From Camelus ferus (taxonomy: Eukaryota): DNA of 64,000 bases. Shown here one piece after another: positions 51,191 through 63,100 of this stretch. A program made the translations under genes and the position numbers. Location of the stretch: assembly GCF_009834535.1 (NCBI RefSeq), contig NC_045713.1, forward strand, positions 22,754,001 to 22,818,000. The letters run 5' to 3'. Position 1 is the first letter of the stretch, and each line of letters starts with the position of its first letter. The notes below the pieces were generated by a model. That model saw only the letters and a program-made list of their open reading frames with translations, did not search any database and was not told where the DNA came from.

Positions 51191-52489
51191 TCTTCTGCCA
51201 TTTCAGCCAGCTTGTGTTTTATCCTCTGTTCTAGATCATAAGCCCTTGGAGAGTATAACCAGACATCATTTCGTATTTGTCATCCTCTAGTGCCTGGGTC
51301 CAATACTGTGCATGGGAGAGGTGCTCAAATGCCTGTTGTGTGGGTGGTCAGTCTGTGCTGGCAGGGATAGCATTGCCTTCTGCCCTCTTTGCTAGACTCT
51401 CCCTGCCCGGGTCTCAGATTTCTGACCTTCCTTCTACTCGCTAGTACCTACCTATCTTTCAGTCCTGACTTGAAAGTTAGCTGTTCACTGACTGTTTTAC
51501 TCCTACTTCACAGATGGACAATCAGAGGCTCAGAGAGACTAGATCACCTGACCAAGACCCCAGTTATAAAGGACAAGGTGAAAATTTGAATCTAGGATTC
51601 TCTGACTCCAAAATCCATCCTCCTCATGGACACTCATTATTTCATTCCTTCATTCAGCAAATATTTATTGTGAGCTCACCACGTGCCAGGCACCAACCTT
51701 TTGCTGTCTCCCTTCTCCCTCTCTCTACCCATTAGCTTGGGTCTGCCCTTGGGGAGAACAGATGAGGTCTACTCTCTTGCAGGTGTCAACCCTTTAAATG
51801 CTTGTAGGCAGCTCTTACGCTTCCCCTCATTTGACTCTTGCCATGTGATATCTCATGACTTGGAGTTCTCTCCCACGCTAGACAACACCTCACCGGGCAT
51901 ACCCTCCTTAGCCAGTGCCCCTGAGAGCATGGACCCACCTTTGGAGGCTTTAGGTCTGGTCCCATCAGGGCAGAGCGGTCCTGTCAGCATCTGACAGTGT
52001 AACCTCTAATTCCATAAACTCCCGGGGAGGTCATTTCTTCACCACACAGTTGATTCACTGACTTGCCGGTCTCCCCAAAGCTGGCTTCCATCCATGGTTA
52101 TAAGTTGCCTTTTGGATTGCAATTTGGCTCCATTTTATATCTCATCTTCTCCAAATCCCAGAGAAACAGACTGTAAGGACAAGGAATGTGTGACTAAGAG
52201 AAGTTATGCTCCAGGGGTGTCTTGCAATGACCAGACATCATATATATATTTTACAACAATTGCTTTCAGCATTGCATGAGCCCAATAAAAGAAAACATGA
52301 TTATCCCTTTCCCAGCCAAGCAGGCTCCCAAGTTTCTAAATCAATTAACAGCAGACGAACTATATGGTCACCCCGTCCATCAAGTGAAAGTGTTGGTGAA
52401 GGGTGGAGCGGAGGCAGGGTGACTCCTGCATTAAGAGGGTTGTCTCTGGAGGAAGATGGGGCTACATTCAGACCTCAGGCTGGCTTTGG

Positions 52490-52665
52490 CTAAGTTTACT
52501 GCACCCTTCAGAGCCTCAGATTTCTTATCTGGGAAATGATGACAACAATGGATCTCCCTCCTAAGTTGCTGAATTATTAATTGACATGGTGCGTGCAATT
52601 CTCTAAACACAGTACGTGGTATGTGCTCAGTGCTTAATGAATGTTAGTCTGACTATTATCATTAC
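52490..52665 (+). mobile_element. MIR
   Basis: gagcctcagatttcttatctgggaaatga...gtgctcagtgcttaatgaatgttag. Confidence 0.75.
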
Positions 52666-53659
52666 TAGGGGAGACAGGCAGGTAAGTGGCTACAATGCAG
52701 AGTGATCAATGAGGCAAGCAGAAGGGAGCTGTGGGCTTAGCTAAGCCAGGGGAGGGAATCGAGAGGGGCTTCTTGGAGGGGGGGGGGTTAATGAAATGGT
52801 GCAGCAGGCAGTCGATGTGGGCAGAGGGATCAGAACATCCTCAAGGCAAGAAGAGAGGTTTAGATGCCCTTTAGCCCCACAGGATGCAGAGCTGGTCCTC
52901 CCTTCCATTTGGTGTGTCCCAGAGGGTGGGGCCTCTGGAGGAAGGATGGAGAGAAGGCTGTGGAGTATTCTTCCCCAGATGGCCTGAGGGTCTGCGGAGG
53001 ACCTGGATATCAGACCTCAGGCTTTGGCCCATGGTGCCCCATTTCTGCCCTGAAGCCCCTGTTCTGTGTCTCCAGGTCTGGCTGGAGACCTGCCTTTTGT
53101 TGCAGCTGCTGTAGGTGGCAGCAGAAGCCCAACAAAGCCCATCTTTTTAGGGCAGCGAGAGGGGAGGAAATGTAATCAGGACCCGGTAGCCTCCAGCCTC
53201 CGTTATCTCCACTGTGGTTAGACTGGGAGCTGCAGGGGTGAGGGCAGGCGGCAACCATATTAACAGAATTCTCTACTGAGTTATAGCCTTTCTGCAGAAA
53301 TCTGCAGAGTCTGCAGCCATCTGCAGAGTCTGTAGCACAATGGAGCCCGCTTTGTGAGTTGGATCTTTATCAGATGGACTGTTGGCTCCAGGCTCCCCCT
53401 GCCTCGGGGGGACCCTGAGAAACAGCCAGAGCAGAGACCCCAGGACACAGATGCCTGAGCTGGATCAAGACCTTGTGACACCTAGTCCCAGGAAAGTTGG
53501 ACTCCCCACTACAGCGTGTATGGAAGTGGAGCAAAGTTCTGTTCTTGCCCCGTGATGTTTGCTTTGATTATTCTATTTATGTACGTCAAATGCTTCTCTC
53601 CTACAATATCGTCTCTTCCTTTCCTGGTGCCTCAAGCAATTGCTTAAGGTGCTTATCAG

Positions 53660-53805
53660 TCAAAGGCAATACAGCCCAGTGGTTAGGAGCACAAGCCTGT
53701 TACTGGATAGGCTGAGGAGGAGCCTTGACTGCCTTTTGTTGCTGTGCAACTTTGGGCAAGAGAATTAACCTCTCTGTGTTGTAGTTTTCTCCTCTGTGAA
53801 GGACC
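53660..53805 (+). mobile_element. MIR
   Basis: cagtggttaggagcac...ctgtgcaactttgggcaagagaattaacctctctgtg. Confidence 0.8.
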
Positions 53806-53919
53806 TCATACATCTTAGCTCTTATTTTTGTTCTTATGGGAGGATCTTGGTTTTGTGGTCTAAGAGTCATGCCTATGGGAAGTCATTCTCCGTACCCTCT
53901 GCCCCCAACACTCTCTCTT

Positions 53920-54155
53920 GTTTTTGTAACAACTTTGAAATATAATTCACATACTATACACTCCACCCACTTAAAGTGTATAGGTTCATGGTTTTAAGTA
54001 TAATTCACAGTCATGCAATCATCACCTCAATCAGTTTTAGAGCATTTTCATCACCCCTAAGAGAAACACATACCTGAACCCTTCAGCTATCAAACCCCAA
54101 TCCCCCCACCTTCCCTAACCCCAGGCAGCCACTAATCTACTTCCTGTCTTTGTAG
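53920..54155 (-). mobile_element. L1MB 3' end
   Basis: aatataattcacatactatacactccacccacttaaagtgtata...ccaggcagccactaatctacttcctgtc. Confidence 0.88.
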
Positions 54156-55129
54156 CTTTTTCTCTTCTGGGCAGTTCATGGAAATGACCTTCTTCCTTCT
54201 TTGCTGGGTGTCAGCCATGCCCCCCCCCCCCCCCCCAATAACAGCAAGGGAAGCTGGATTACCCATTACGTCCGGGGCTGGTTTCAGGCTGTCTCCCCAG
54301 CCCCCTCCTCTGGTCCAGAGGGGGCGGTATGGAGGCAACCTGCCAGCCCAGCCTTGTCGCTCACAGCACAAGCAGCTTGGCTCCCGGTTACTCATTTCAA
54401 ACTCAATTTGTGGCTCTGCCAAGAGCAGCAGCACTCCCTGAGCATGTAACCGGATTATTCCCACCCCTGCCTTGGGCCCTGGGAGTCTGGAGCACACGGC
54501 GGGCAGCCTCCCAGGACTGATAGCTGCCCAGCGAGGCCAGACCTGCCGGGAGCCCACTGGTCCTCTGTCTCAGCTCTGAGTTGCCTTCCCATCCTGGCCC
54601 TGGCTCCTGGATAACAAGGCTGCCCTAGCTTTGTCGTCAGGCCACCGAGAGACAGTTTCCTGCGGTGGGGCCAGTGGTCCTGACCTTATGACCACAAACT
54701 TGGCCAGACTCACCATTCACATCGGTACAATTTTAAAAAGGCCCCATTCATTGAGCAGGCTCTGCATTAAGCTCCATGTGTGTGGTCTCTTTTATCTTCG
54801 TGGGACCCAGCATTTTGTCTGTCATCCTCAAGAGGGAGGGCCCTGTGCTATCCCCATCAAGCAAGCCAGGCAAAGACACCAGAGCAGTCACACGTCTCCC
54901 ATTTGCTGAGTACCTACTGCATGCAGACACTGTGATGGGTGTTAACTTATGTCACCTTCCCTGCCACTTGGTGGGTAAAGAACAATGCTTGACTCCACTT
55001 TCAGGTGAGGATGCTGGAGCTCAGGAGGACAGAATCACTACCAGGTCATGAGTGTCAAGGTTAAAGCTAGGCTGAAGCCAGACATTCTGGTCATGCTGAC
55101 CCTGTAGCAAAGAAGGAAGGAGGCCATTT

Positions 55130-55390
55130 CTGTGAGACATCCAGACTAATCAAATCCATGGAGACAGCGAGTAAATTAGGGGTTGCCAGGGGCTGGGGAT
55201 GGTGGGATATTTGGGAAGTGATGGCTAAGGGTAAGGGNNNNNNNNNNNNNNNNNNNNNNNNNNNNNNNNNNNNNNNNNNNNNNNNNNNNNNNNNNNNNNN
55301 NNNNNNNNNNNNNNNNNNNNNNNNNNNNNNNNNNNNNNNNNNNNNNNNNNNNNNNNNNNNNNNNNNNNNNNAAGCTTTTACAAAGAAAAA
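55130..55390 (+). mobile_element. L1M 3' end (partly under N run 55238-55371)
   Basis: aaatccatggagacagcgagtaaattaggggttgccaggggctgggga...gtgatggctaagggta. Confidence 0.85.
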
Positions 55391-57204
55391 AGAAATGAGG
55401 CATTGATGCTGCAGGCTGCATTATCCCACACCTTCCTCACCATCCCCTAATTAAAACCCAGAATTTCTCATCTTCACATTTAACCCAAGGGTCTTTGGGA
55501 TAAACTTGGATTCCAGGCAGCAGAAACCATTGTCCAAAGCCTCAAGTTGCCCTGCCCGGTGGCTGCTGCCTTGTTCCACTTACATTGCTGCTCACAGAAT
55601 CTCCGGAATGTGCTTTTATTTCGGATCCCAGCTCTGTACTTCCACAGAGTGGGGAGAGCCAGGGGTGGTTTTAATCCATGTGGCTGATCCCTGAGCAACA
55701 TTTGCAGTCTGAGATTCTAGGGGTGATCTCTGCAGGTGACCCCCCCACCCCAGTCACCTCTCTCCTGCTGCCCCTCTTGCCCTCACAGTAGCCTAGCTTG
55801 TGGGAGAAGTCTGCACACAGCCAGTCCGAGGCCCTGTGCAGAGGGCCACCTCACTTGCACAGGCTCCTGCCTCTTAATTTGCAGAGAGGGTGTCTGTCTC
55901 CTTGTCAACCCAGAATTGCATGACACGTGACCTTCTTGCAGGAGGGGTGAAAGGGAAGAAAAACCCATTCCAGCACATTTTTGAAGCCCATGGCTTTTGG
56001 GGTTGCTGGCTGGGGATTCCCTATGGGGGCTTCCCGGACATATCGGTTGGTAAGCCCAGGCCCAGCCTTACCTTCCCTGTGCTAGAGACCTTTTCTTACC
56101 CTCCCTCCCTTCTCTGGCCTGATGATGGTTCCCTGGCCTGTGTGCATTCAGATTAATGGAGGAGGGACAAATGGCCTGGATTTCAGGCTGGCCCTCGGAG
56201 TCCTGGATCCTAAAATTCCACCAGGCATGAGAACGAGGAGCCCCACCCTTGCCTTTGAGCCTATACTGCCTCGTACACATGGGTCTGCTGACCGAGCTTT
56301 GAAATGATTATATGCCCATTTCTCCTGGTGTGCTGAGAGCCCTCTGAAGGCAGGAACCCCAAAGCCCTCACTTCTGCCCCTCCCAGCGTTTGGCTCGGCG
56401 CCTGCACCAACGACAAGTTGGGGCCACGTCTGGATGAATGAGATGCTGGCAGCCGGTGGGCATGGAGATTTAGGGTGGGCAGATGCTCCTCCCAGAGTCT
56501 TGTCCAGTGTCTTCCTGTCCCCATCCTCCTCTGTCCGCACAGACTCAGTCTCTCCTTCCACCCCTGGTCTCCTGGACCATCCCTTCTTGGTCTCTTCCCA
56601 GTCACCCAAGTCCAGGTAGGTGAAGCCAGACCAGAGAAAAACAAACAAATTAGGAATGTCCCCAGTGCAAAATGAATATAAATAAGGATGCAGAGGCTTC
56701 TGCTTACCCACTGATTACTCATACACTGTTCCAGAGGCGTCACTCGCCTAGCTCAGCTCCTTGGAAGTTAATGATAAATTAAACCTATTAATCACCCCAG
56801 GCAGTGGGGCTGGCCTGAGCCAACACTGGGAGGGTAAAGCTATAGGACAGAGATGATGCAGCAGGAAGGAAACTGAGAGGGGAGGCAGGAGGTGCATCAC
56901 AGCATCCCTGGGGTGAGGTAGCACCTTGCTCTCTAACATCCCCTTTCTTAAAGTGGTCTACATTCTACCCAATGTCTATCCTGTTTGGTACAGCCACTGA
57001 GTATTTCAGAAGCTTCCCACCTTCTACAATTAAACATCATTTTACCTTCTTCACATCCTCCATTTACATTCCCTCTTTCACTTGCTGCAATCTGGCATCC
57101 ACCCTACTGTCTGGTCAAGACTTGGCTCACAAGTTCCCTACCAGAGACCATCAGATCTGAAGTCCTATTCCTTCCTCCAGCTCTTTGTTTTCTTCATGTT
57201 GGGT

Positions 57205-57420
57205 CCCTGGGGCTCAGCTGCCTGAGTTTGAATCCTGGCTCTGCTATTAGTTGTGTGCAACCTTTTTGTGCCTCAATTTCCCCACCTTTAAAATGGGATT
57301 GAATGGTAGCTACTTCATGCGGTTGTGTTGAGGATGAAGACTGCAAATTCTCATGAAGTGTTTAGAACAACGCCCAGCAACGTTAGCTGCTGTTGCCACC
57401 ACGACTCTTGTTACTACCAC
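57205..57420 (+). mobile_element. MIR
   Basis: gagtttgaatcctggctctgctattagttgtgtg...gcctcaatttccccacctttaaaatggga. Confidence 0.85.
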
Positions 57421-57685
57421 TGCCATTATTATTCATACCATTTGCCATGGTCGGAAACGGTCTCCTTATTTGTTGGCATCGACTGTCTGCCTTGCTTCCC
57501 CTGGAATATAAGCTTCATAAGAGCAGGGGTTTTCTTGACTCTGTTTCCTCCAGTTTCTCCATTGTGGGCAGCACATGGAGTGTTCAGTAAGCATGTGGTG
57601 AATCAATGAGCCAGGAGTTGGTGGGAACTAGGGGTGGATGAGCAATTTCCCAAGGGGCTGGAGTTGCCAGGAGACCTGCAGGCTC

Positions 57686-58138
57686 TGTTTTCTGGGTTGA
57701 ATTTTGTCCCCTGCAAATGGTATGTTGAAATCCTAACCCTCAGTACCTGTGGATGTGACCTTACTTGGAAATAGAGTCTTTGCAGAGGTCATCAAATTAA
57801 GCTGAGGTCACACTGGATTAGGGTGTGATGGGTGTCCTCAGAAGATGAAGAAATTTGGACACAGACACACACATAGGGAAGAGGGCCATGTGAAGATGGA
57901 GGCAGGGACTTGAGAGATGCCTCTACAAGCCAGGGAATGCCAAGAATGGCTAGGAGCCACTGGAAGATAGGAAGAGGCAAGGAAGGGGTCTTTCTTAGAG
58001 CCTTTGGAGAAAGTATGACCTTGCTGACACCTTGATTTTAGCCTTCTTCCATCCCAAACTGTAAGAGAATGGATTCCTGTTGTTTTAGGCCCTCTGATTT
58101 GTGGTGATTTGTCATCCTAGCCCAAGGAAACTAGCACA
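57686..58138 (+). mobile_element. MLT1C-like solo LTR
   Basis: gggttgaattttgtcccc...gtatgttgaaatcctaaccc, gtgaagatggaggcag, cctagcccaaggaaactagcaca. Confidence 0.93.
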
Positions 58139-58202
58139 GTGTTTTCCATGAGCACATGTTCCATTGGGATAGGAAAGTGGGTGTGGCAGCCCAGGTCAGG
58201 GC

Positions 58203-58465
58203 GTTTGTTTTCTCTTGCTACATAACAACATTATACAAATTTGGCAGTTTGGTACAATGCACTTTTTTAATCTCATGGTGTCTGTGAGTCAGCAATCTGG
58301 GCAGATCTTAGGTGCATCCTCTGCTTCTGAACCATCCAGGCTATGATCAAGGTGTTGGTTAGGGCTGAGGTCTTGTCTAAGGCTCAGCGGCGTGGAATTC
58401 CATCCTTTCTGGTTGTAAGTCTGGGAGCCTCAGTTCTGTGGGGGTGTTGGTCACAGGCCACTCTC
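58203..58465 (-). mobile_element. MLT1E/F-like LTR fragment, followed by a MER20 fragment (~58470-58535)
   Basis: gctatgatcaaggtgttggttagggctgagg; aaacatctccagacattgcc...tgagaaccactg. Confidence 0.75.
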
Positions 58466-59084
58466 CATGCCCAGTCATGACAACAAAAAACATCTCCAGA
58501 CATTGCCAGCTGTCCCCTGGGTGAGAACCACTGGTGTAAAGATTGGTTATCTTTAGTATTATCTGAATCACTGCATATTATATGATCTGTTGGACTATTA
58601 TTTGTCTTTTGCTGTTTTATTTAGGTCTTTGCTGTACAAGAGGAGGCCTTTTGGAAGACAGGAGAGGCACAGCATGCTGCAGTCAGCTCTGAAAAAAGAG
58701 TGCTGTTTGTTTTCCCAAATTGTCTTCTGAGAAATTAGAAAGTTACAAAGAGCTCAGCCTAAGCCCTACCCCCAAAGATTTCTTTGGAAGAACAAACTAG
58801 CAATTCTTGTCACTAGAAGCAGCAGCGGCTGCATTTTAAACAATGGCACGAGCTGAACACAAACGTGCTTAGTATTGGAGCTCTGGGTTGATGATGTGTG
58901 CAAAGTGAAGGGAGTGAAGATTCTGGTCTCTTTGCTCTGTTTTCTCTGCAGAGATTCTAAGGGGGTGTCTTTATTTTCCTTGTCATAAAAAAGGAAATTT
59001 TTTTGGTTCTCTTTTTTGTTCTCCCCCCTCCCCCCTTGCTCTCTCCCTCCCCACCGCCATTGTACACACATACACACACCATGA

Positions 59085-59250
59085 ACAATTAATAACCTTG
59101 TGAGATAGGTTCCAATTTTATCCCCATTTTATAGATGGATGGAGCTGAGGCTCAGAGAGGTAAAGCAACAAGCCTGGAGTTGCACAGGTAGTAAGTGATA
59201 CAGCCGGGATTTGAACCCATGTTGGTCTGATTCCAGTGTTCAGCCTCCTA
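59085..59250 (-). mobile_element. MIR
   Basis: atccccattttatagatgg...ctgaggctcagagaggtaaagc...gggatttgaaccca. Confidence 0.9.
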
Positions 59251-60074
59251 ATTACAAGACAGAGCTTTATCAAGGTGAATCTATGTCCCCAAAGGTCTTA
59301 GAATTGAAGGATGGGGGAGATCATAAAAATTGCACTGTATTGTTACTCCCCAACTGTGCGGAGTACATCCTGAATGAAGTGTATGAAGCACCAGGTATTA
59401 AAGTTTATGAGTCTATTAATCCATGGCTCTGGAGGAATTAAAGTTTCATATTGATGATAAACCTCCCATAATAAAACGTAAAGGAAGCAGGAATAAATCT
59501 CTGATTTCAAAGGACCCCAAACCACTTAAACAATTGTATGCAAGGTGGATGGGTAAGATGGTGACGGGGTGATATGTCTTGTCCGGTGGAGGGTACTTTG
59601 GCAAAGTGGTTTTTGCTTCCACTAAGTGGTGGAGATAAAATGATGGATGTGTGCTATTGATTTCATGGGAGTTTGTATGAGGGTGAGCACAGCTGGATGA
59701 GAAGCCCCTGGTGCAGCTGGAAGCTGCTGAATATGCATTTAGGAGGAAAGGAGACAAAAGGCATTTCGGGCAGCCAATTTCATCAAATAGCAAAAAGCTG
59801 GCAAANNNNNNNNNNNNNNNNNNNNNNNNNNNNNNNNNNNNNNNNNNNNNNNNNNNNNNNNNNNNNNNNNNNNNNNNNNNNNNNNNNNNNNNNNNNNNNN
59901 NNNNNNNNNNNNNNNNNNNNNNNNNNNNNNNNNNNNNNNNNNTTATCTCAGTGTGAGTAGGTGAGCCATAGGGTGTTGGTTCAAACACAGTCCTGGAGTA
60001 GAATCCCAGTTTTGTCATTTATTAACTCTGTGACTTTGGGCAATTGATCTCTCTGGGCCTTGGTTTATTTTTTG

Positions 60075-60865
60075 TTTAAATAAGCCATTTGTTTTAGAAT
60101 AGTTTTAGACTTACAGAAAAGTTGCAAAGACAGTGCAGTGACCTCCCGTGTAACCTGTACCCAGCTTCCCCTGCTGTCCACGTCTTACATCACGATGGTG
60201 CGTTTGTCACAACTGATGTACCAGTATTGATGCATTGTTATTAACTAATCTCCACCTTTCATCAGGATTTCCTTAGCTTTTACTCAGGCCTGTTTCCTGT
60301 TCCAGGATCCCATCCAAGGTACCACATCAGCCACCATAGGTCCTCAGGCTGTCCTTGTTTTTAGTGACTTTGACAGTTTGGAGGAGGACTGCTCAGGTAT
60401 GTTACAGACTGTCCCTCAACTGGGATTTGTCTCATATGTTTCTCATGATTAGACTGAGGTATGGGTTTGGGAGAAGAAGATCGCAGAGGTAAAGTTCCAT
60501 TCTCATCACACCCTACAGTGTACCACCTTGCAACATGGCTCATCAAAATGATGGTGACCTTGCTCACCTGGCTGAGGTGTGTCTGTCAGATCTCTCCACT
60601 GTCCTTTCTGCCCTTCCTCGGTGGTCGTCCTTGGAAAGAAGTCACTGTCAGCTCATACTTAGGGAATGGGGGTTGATGGTCCCCTTCCTTGATGGAATGT
60701 GGGATATTTACCCATCCTCCCACATTTACTTATTTATTTATTATTATTTATTTATTCAATCATTTATTTCTATCAGTGTGGACTCATGGATATTTATTTT
60801 ATGCTTCGAGTTATAATGCAATACCACATTATTTATTTTGTTGCTCAAATTATTCCAGCTTCATC
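60075..60865 (-). mobile_element. L1MC4-like 3' region
   Basis: ttttagaatagttttagacttacagaaaagttgcaaaga, ccaggatcccatccaagg, ttttgttgctcaaattattccagctt. Confidence 0.9.
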
Positions 60866-60917
60866 TGGACCTTACTTTTTTGACAGATTTATTTTTACAA
60901 GGAATAAATCAGACAAT

Positions 60918-61095
60918 CAGGGCTGAGAATATGGTGAGGTGAGTGAGTGGTACAAAATTTAAGGAGGCGCCAAAAGCAAAACTCAATAATCAAGATAAAT
61001 AATATATTAATGCAAGATTTAAAACAGATCAAGATTAATGAGGCAGATTTCATGATGAACAAAACATGAACATTTTAAATCAAGACAGGATCCAT
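60918..61095 (+). mobile_element. hAT (Tip100-type) DNA transposon end
   Basis: cagggc...ggtgaggtgagtgag...caaaatttaaggaggcgccaaaa...taatcaagataaataata...aaagacaggatc-like. Confidence 0.65.
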
Positions 61096-61190
61096 AATGT
61101 AGGCATATTGTTTAACCAAGTGCTTAGTATTTAGTACCTATTTAATAGTATTTAATAGATTAACTCTATCAATTTAGATGAATGTGCTAG

Positions 61191-61707
61191 TGTATCATTG
61201 ATTTCTTTCTCAATAATATGTAACAAACTACCCTAAAACTTGGTAGCCTAAAACAGCAAGCATTAGTTTAGCTTCCAGGTCCATGGGTCAGCTGGAGGGT
61301 CCTGCTGGCCTGCCTGGGTTCACTTGTGTGTCTGTTGGTCAGCTGTCTGTTGGCTGATCTTGGATGGCCTTAGCTGGAATGACCAGGGCAGCCTGGCTTT
61401 ACCTCCATGACCCTCATTCTTAATCTGAGACCAGCAGACTCATCTGGGAATGTCCTTCTTACGGTGACGGCAGAGAGTTAAGAGATGGTGGGGAGACATG
61501 TAAAGCCTTTTGAAGTCAAGGCTCATCATCATTTCTGCTTGTCGTCTACTGGACAAAGCAAGTCACAGGGACAGCCCAGATTCCAGGCGAAGGGGCAGTA
61601 AGAGCTGCCTTTTCAGTGAGAGGAATGCAAGTCACATGGCAAAGGGCATGGTGTGGATACAGGGAGAGGCAAAGAACTGGGGGCCCTCATGCCATCAGTC
61701 TACCACA
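61191..61707 (-). mobile_element. MLT1H-like solo LTR
   Basis: gtaacaaactaccctaaaactt, gcaagtcacatggcaaagggcatgg...gatacagggagagg...cagtctaccaca. Confidence 0.88.
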
Positions 61708-62374
61708 GCCAGGCACTGTTCTAGGTGCTGGTAAGACATCTGTGAACACAGCAGACCCAGATCTCTGCCCTTAGGGGAGCGCATTGTAATATGATGATGA
61801 AGAAGAAGGGACAACTTTGCTCTGTCTCTCAGGAGGCCTTGGCTATCCTCAGCTCCACGTGGACACATGGACTGGTTTTTGGCATCATTTCCTGCAGCAG
61901 TCAGCACTTTGAGGGGGCCTGCATCACTGTCAGCTGTGGGTGGGGGATAAGGTGGAGGGAGGAACCCAGCCTCGAGGAGGTATGTGAAGAGGCACGTTGC
62001 CCTCTCAGGGGCCTTTTATCTTATTGATCTCCTTGTTCACTAAAATCAAATCAACAGCTCCTACCTTTGCAAAACGGAGGCTGTTTTAATTGAGATATTG
62101 GAAGATGTATTTCCTTAATTTCTGCTTAATGGAAAATCCTTACGCCTGATCAATTCAGGTCAGTTTTAAGCAGTTTCTGCTATAAGTGAAGTTCATCTAA
62201 GGTTATTCGTGTTAAAAATTCAATACCCAATAGTTTGGGGGAAATGTGGCAAGTCTGCTGTAGAAAATATTTGGAAAGTAGCAAGGCTAGTGGGATTTAC
62301 TGGCTCATGAAAAGTGTGATTCCATTTAGCTTCTAAGATGCCTATAAATAACTCCTATTGCTCTTCAAGTGGCT

Positions 62375-63100
62375 GTCTCAGGCTCAATGCTGGGCAATTT
62401 TGCATGCATTGTCTTACTTAATCCTCTATTATTATTTCTATTAATTTTTACGTGAAGAAACTGAGGCTCAAGATCGTGTCTCTGAAACAGTGAGTGACAA
62501 AGCCAGGATTTGAGCCTAGGATCTTCACCACTATATTGCTTCCCTCTCAACTATTTCCTAACATAGCTGGTGCCAGCTGAGTGCATGTTCTCACCTCTGT
62601 CTGGAGACTGTGGGCAAAGAGCACTGATGAAGCATGAGTGGCATTCTGAGTTTTGTATCTTGTCCCAGTGAAGCAATGCCCCCTCTCCAGAGGAATTAAA
62701 TTTGATGGGAAATGAGTAAGTTGTGAAATCAGATCAACCTGTCTTCTATCATTTCCGATCATCCATTACTTTCTGTCTTCCAATCACCTCCTGTTTCCTA
62801 TTACTTCCTGTTTGCCTCCCCTGCTTCCTTCCTCCCAATCACTTCCTATCTCCCTATTACTTCCAATCTCCCATCACTTCCAATCTCCCATCATTTCTTA
62901 TCTTCCATTCCTTCCTTGCTATTGGCCTTGGATAAGTTACTTGACCTCTCTGAGTCCTGGTTCTTGGATTATTCAGTAAGTATAATAATACCCATGTTTC
63001 AAAGTAACAATGAGAATTACATATGATCATGTATGTGACCTGCCTGCTCAGGATGGTGATGTTCTTTTTTCATTTCTCAGAGTAAGCACTCAATAAATCT
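62375..63100. mobile_element. Two MIRs (minus ~62375-62540, plus ~62925-63100)
   Basis: gaagaaactgaggctcaag...gccaggatttgagcctagg; ggccttggataagttacttgacctctctgag. Confidence 0.8.

Noticed and set aside
12870-60018. ORFs of 60-190 aa spanning N runs
   Set aside because: Their length is inflated by X residues from undetermined bases.
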